Of a stretch of 64,000 nucleotides of DNA, positions 60,829-64,000 are shown piece after piece (positions within the stretch are counted from its first letter, which is position 1; the number at the start of each line of letters is the position of its first letter). The stretch covers positions 202,766-266,765 of the forward strand of contig CAZSGP010000002.1 in the NCBI GenBank assembly GCA_964606485.1, in the 5' to 3' direction. The position numbers and the translations under genes were made by a program. The notes under the pieces are model-generated. The model ran no database searches. It saw only the letters and a program-made list of their open reading frames with translations, and was not told the origin of the DNA. Source of the DNA: an uncultured Planctomycetia bacterium (lineage in GTDB: Bacteria; Omnitrophota; Gorgyraeia; 2-02-FULL-51-18).

Positions 60829-62541
60829 CTAGAAGGGGTTGATGTCTGGAAATGCCTCACCCGGCTTGGCAAAGAAATAGCCCTGCGCCAAGCCAATTCC
60901 GCACATCATCACCGTCTCGCACTCCCGCTGGGTTTCGATGCCCTCGGCCGTTGTCGCCGCGTGAATGCCATTGGCAAAAAGAATCATCGATAAAATAATC
61001 TGCTGTTTTGTGACACTTTTATCAATCTGGCGAACCAAAGACCGGTCAAACTTTATGAAATCTGGCTTTAGGATAGCAACGTCCCGCAAGCTAACAGCTC
61101 CCCCGCCCAGATCGTCAATGGCCACAGAAGCGCCATGATGTCTTAACTCGGACAGAGCGTGACTTAGCTTATCAAACTCTCTCAAAATACTTTGTTCGGT
61201 AACTTCGATAACCAGATCACCCAACCGAACATTCCCCCGATCACGGAAAAGCCGGTTCATGATTTTAGAGTCGATTAACGTCTCTTGATTTAAATTAATA
61301 AAAAGTTTCCGTCCGGGCTGAATTTTTTGAGCGCTGCGAAGCGCGGACTCGACACAAATCTCATCAAACTCTTTAATTTTTCCGCAATCGCGGGCGACTT
61401 CAAACAATAGTGGAATGTTCGAAAGAGGCCCATCTTCCACTAAACGTGTCAGCGCTTCGTAGCCCACCGTCGCTTTTTGCTTCAAGTCTACGATGGGCTG
61501 GTAGACCGTTCTAACCTTTTTGCCTTTTAAGATGTTGCGAAAAATCGCTCCATACCGCTGAGTGAGCACGCCTGGACGATGCTGCTTTGATCCGGTCGAG
61601 CCGGCGTCCTGAATCTCAATCGCGTCGCGCTGATAGTGAAAATACCGGCTACCGGGGACCGATTTCATTTGTTTTTTTAGTTCTGCAGCAATCCGGCCCA
61701 CGTCACTGATTTCTTTGATTCGCGAAACGTCACTCGGAATGATCGCAATGGAAATGCTCATCAAGGGGTACTGCTTAATCACCCCTTCGTCGGTTTGCTC
61801 AAAAATAAACCCGGTTTTCCGGTCTTTGGGATCATAGAAATTTAAAATCGCCGCGTCGAATTTTTCGATAATTCCTTCCGAAATCTTCGTTGCAATCGAC
61901 GGCTTCATCACGATGATAAAATCGTCACCGCCCAAATGTCCTACGAACGCGTCTTTAATACCTTCTTTCTTTAAGACGTCTTGAATAATTTTGGCCAACT
62001 TCACAATAATTTGGTCCCCTCTTGCATCTCCGTAGGCGCTATTGAAAACAGAGAGGTCAGAAAGATCGATCGAGCACACCGTGAACGGCTTGCGGGTGGC
62101 AATGGCTTTTTCTAGTCTTAAGATGGTGGAGCGCACACCGGGCAGATGGGTTAGCGGATTTAAATCAAGCTCATGGTAATTGCGCGACAGTGCATTGCGC
62201 ACGCAATTAGAAAAAAGCGACAGATCCTTTGTTTTGTCGACGTAGAAATCGACGTGTCCCGCTTCTTTTTGGGTCAAAATCTGTGGTTGGCGAACGAGGA
62301 GGATAATGGGGATATACTGCAAAACCAGGTCGTCTTTCAAAATCAGTGCGATGCTTTTTCCCTCGCCCGACTGGTACTCTTCGTCGATGACAATCAGATG
62401 CGGAAGCTCATCAAAAACGTTTTGGACTGGGTCACTCGACGCAAACATGAGCGCGTGACCTGACTTTTTAAAAAAATCCCCAAGAAAAACTTTAAAGTCC
62501 TGGTCGTCTATAAAAAATAAAATCTTTTTTTTGGCTTTCAA
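60829..62541 (-). CDS. Response-regulator receiver plus degenerate GGDEF (GGDDF) plus EAL phosphodiesterase.
   Basis: 570 aa. The N-terminal REC-like domain has an atypical acidic pocket (FFIDDQD). The GGDEF-like region carries LGGDDF. The EAL domain has an intact catalytic set: EALTR, N in FINLN, EVTEQS, DDLGGG, KPDFIKFD, EGIET and QGYFFAKP. Confidence 0.75.
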   Translation of the reverse strand: MKAKKKILFFIDDQDFKVFLGDFFKKSGHALMFASSDPVQNVFDELPHLIVIDEEYQSGEGKSIALILKDDLVLQYIPIILLVRQPQILTQKEAGHVDFYVDKTKDLSLFSNCVRNALSRNYHELDLNPLTHLPGVRSTILRLEKAIATRKPFTVCSIDLSDLSVFNSAYGDARGDQIIVKLAKIIQDVLKKEGIKDAFVGHLGGDDFIIVMKPSIATKISEGIIEKFDAAILNFYDPKDRKTGFIFEQTDEGVIKQYPLMSISIAIIPSDVSRIKEISDVGRIAAELKKQMKSVPGSRYFHYQRDAIEIQDAGSTGSKQHRPGVLTQRYGAIFRNILKGKKVRTVYQPIVDLKQKATVGYEALTRLVEDGPLSNIPLLFEVARDCGKIKEFDEICVESALRSAQKIQPGRKLFINLNQETLIDSKIMNRLFRDRGNVRLGDLVIEVTEQSILREFDKLSHALSELRHHGASVAIDDLGGGAVSLRDVAILKPDFIKFDRSLVRQIDKSVTKQQIILSMILFANGIHAATTAEGIETQRECETVMMCGIGLAQGYFFAKPGEAFPDINPF

Positions 62542-62543
62542 GA

Positions 62544-64000
62544 TTACTTTACCTTTACAAGAATCAGTGTCATGTCGTCGTGCTGATCGGCTTTACCGAT
62601 AAATTGTTCCAAATCATGTACTGTTTTGTCCAATACTTCTTTCACGGAGAGGTTTTTTAGTTCTTGAATTTTTTTTCCAAGACGCTCCATGCTGTATTCG
62701 TCTTTTCTTTTGTTGCGCGCTTCGCTGATGCCATCCGAATAAAACGCAAAAAAATCTCCGACGCTCACCGTTGTTTTGGTGTTGGAAAACTCTACGCCAT
62801 CGAGCACCCCGATGGGCATGCCCCCGTCCCCATTTAAATACTCAGGCTCCCCGCTTTGCCGCACACAGACAAGTGGCAGATGGCCGCCATTTGAAAAGAT
62901 CACTTCGCTTTTTTCTTTATCAAATACAGCGTAACAAACAGTGACAAAGAGGCCGCCGGTGGATTCGGAGGCGATCGAATGATTTAAATCTGCCAAAACT
63001 TGAGACGGATCTTGGCGGTCTCGCGCCGAAAATTTAAACTCCGATACCGTTTTAGCCATAAAAAGAGCGGCAGGGGTTCCTTTTCCGGAAACGTCTCCCA
63101 CCATCACGCCCGCTTTACCGCCCGTGAGCTCCATGAGCGCGTAAAGATCCCCACCCACGGCTTTGGCCGGACGCATAAACACCGCCATCTCAAGCCCGGG
63201 GACATCGGGAACCTTTTCCGGCAAGAAACTTTTTTGAATTTGGCTTGCAACCTTTAACTCGTTTTCGATAAGTTCTCTTTTACGCATTTCGTAAATGGTG
63301 CGATAAAGTGTCACGCCCGCATAAATCAAAATGGAAACCGCAACTGGATAAAATAAATCGATCCACAGCCCCCACACCCAAAACAACACCCCGGCAAGGA
63401 CCGTAAATAAAGCGAGCGTCCCAATACTCCACAGCATGGCATGAAACGGTTTAATTTTGGAAGACAGGTAAGCGACCCATAACCCAAGCAGCAATAAAAG
63501 TACAAGATTCCACCATCGGCTCAACCTGTAAATAAAATCTTTCATTAAAATACTGTTGATCACGTTGGCGTGGACACCGACGTTTGGATAAACTTCTTCT
63601 AATGGCGTTGCATTCGCATCGTAGGTAGCTAGAGCTGACGCTCCAACCACGCAGATTTTATTTCGAAATTGCTTTAAATCCAAATCCGGCTTTTCATCAT
63701 TTTGCAACTGTTGGAATGAATAGATAATCTGGTAAAAAGAATAATGCTTGAAAGTGGTGACCCATTTCCCTGCGTAGTTGACGATGTTAAAACCTTCATC
63801 GTCGGTGGGGATTGTGAGATCACTTGAAAGCTGGATGCCATGCCCCGGTTTTAATTTCACAGCGTTTTCATCGATCTTCAGGACATTCATGAGAGCCTTT
63901 AGCCCGACGTGAAAAATGAGCTTTCCGTCGCATTCCATCACAAGAGGAAGACGTCTTCTTTTTCCGTCACGATCCGCCCAAGAGTTAACAGAACCCACCC
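62544..64000 (-). CDS. Sensor protein phosphatase: CHASE2-like periplasmic domain, transmembrane helices and a PP2C/SpoIIE (PPM) phosphatase domain. The N-terminus lies beyond the window end.
   Basis: The reading frame is open to the window edge. The visible CHASE2-like part and 3-4 transmembrane helices (LVLLLLLGLWVAYL...) are followed by PPM motifs GDVSGKGTPAALFMA, GGLFVTVCYAVFD and YSDGISEA. Confidence 0.6.
   Translation of the reverse strand, partial: VGSVNSWADRDGKRRRLPLVMECDGKLIFHVGLKALMNVLKIDENAVKLKPGHGIQLSSDLTIPTDDEGFNIVNYAGKWVTTFKHYSFYQIIYSFQQLQNDEKPDLDLKQFRNKICVVGASALATYDANATPLEEVYPNVGVHANVINSILMKDFIYRLSRWWNLVLLLLLGLWVAYLSSKIKPFHAMLWSIGTLALFTVLAGVLFWVWGLWIDLFYPVAVSILIYAGVTLYRTIYEMRKRELIENELKVASQIQKSFLPEKVPDVPGLEMAVFMRPAKAVGGDLYALMELTGGKAGVMVGDVSGKGTPAALFMAKTVSEFKFSARDRQDPSQVLADLNHSIASESTGGLFVTVCYAVFDKEKSEVIFSNGGHLPLVCVRQSGEPEYLNGDGGMPIGVLDGVEFSNTKTTVSVGDFFAFYSDGISEARNKRKDEYSMERLGKKIQELKNLSVKEVLDKTVHDLEQFIGKADQHDDMTLILVKVK

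Noticed and set aside
1-64000. CRISPR arrays, restriction-modification systems, integrases, transposases or other recognisable defence islands.
   Set aside because: None were found. No direct-repeat/spacer periodicity was seen. The only toxin-like gene is the RelE/ParE pair reported above.

Overview
This is a densely packed chromosomal segment (about 95% coding) with roughly 57 protein genes and 2 tRNAs, and every one of them is on the minus strand. Gene content suggests a diderm bacterium: an LptD/OstA homologue, a HrcA/CIRCE-controlled hrcA-grpE-dnaK...dnaJ heat-shock locus, the gatCAB amidotransferase, AddAB recombination genes and ComEC. GC content is moderate, and the organism is probably uncultivated. 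Order from high to low coordinate, which is the transcription direction: a partial CHASE2-PP2C phosphatase, a REC-GGDDF-EAL protein, ComFB, addB-addA, DUF2934, a ZIP transporter, tRNA-Ala(GGC), tRNA-Leu(CAA) with leuS directly after it, ComEC, a phosphonate pair (PEP mutase fused to a nucleotidyltransferase, plus phosphonopyruvate decarboxylase), hrcA-grpE-dnaK, an inserted chalcone-isomerase-like secreted protein and a RelE/ParE plus RHH antitoxin pair, dnaJ, FmdB-VanZ-DUF1015, a GT2, accD, an orphan MalK-type ABC ATPase, two tandem GGDEF cyclases, a ROK kinase, lptD, a large nucleotide-sugar block (ugd, rfbA, rfbB, rfbD, Rmd-like, NDP-sugar dehydrogenase, epimerase, UDP-xylose synthase-like, GT2), a YyaL-like thioredoxin, tal, pgi, rfbC, a DoxX-like protein, RNase D, gatCAB, ctpA, a YibQ-like deacetylase, tsaD, a bactofilin-HTH fusion with a membrane-anchored HTH partner, polA, glgA, coaE, rho, rpmE and the start of prfA. 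The few intergenic gaps hold two families of palindromic repeats, a CIRCE operator and a few promoter and terminator signals. Most of the window is ordinary core genome. The items most worth a second look are the phosphonate tailoring pair, the bactofilin-HTH module, the interrupted dnaK operon and the two repeat families. I found no CRISPR array, no integrase and no clear mobile island.
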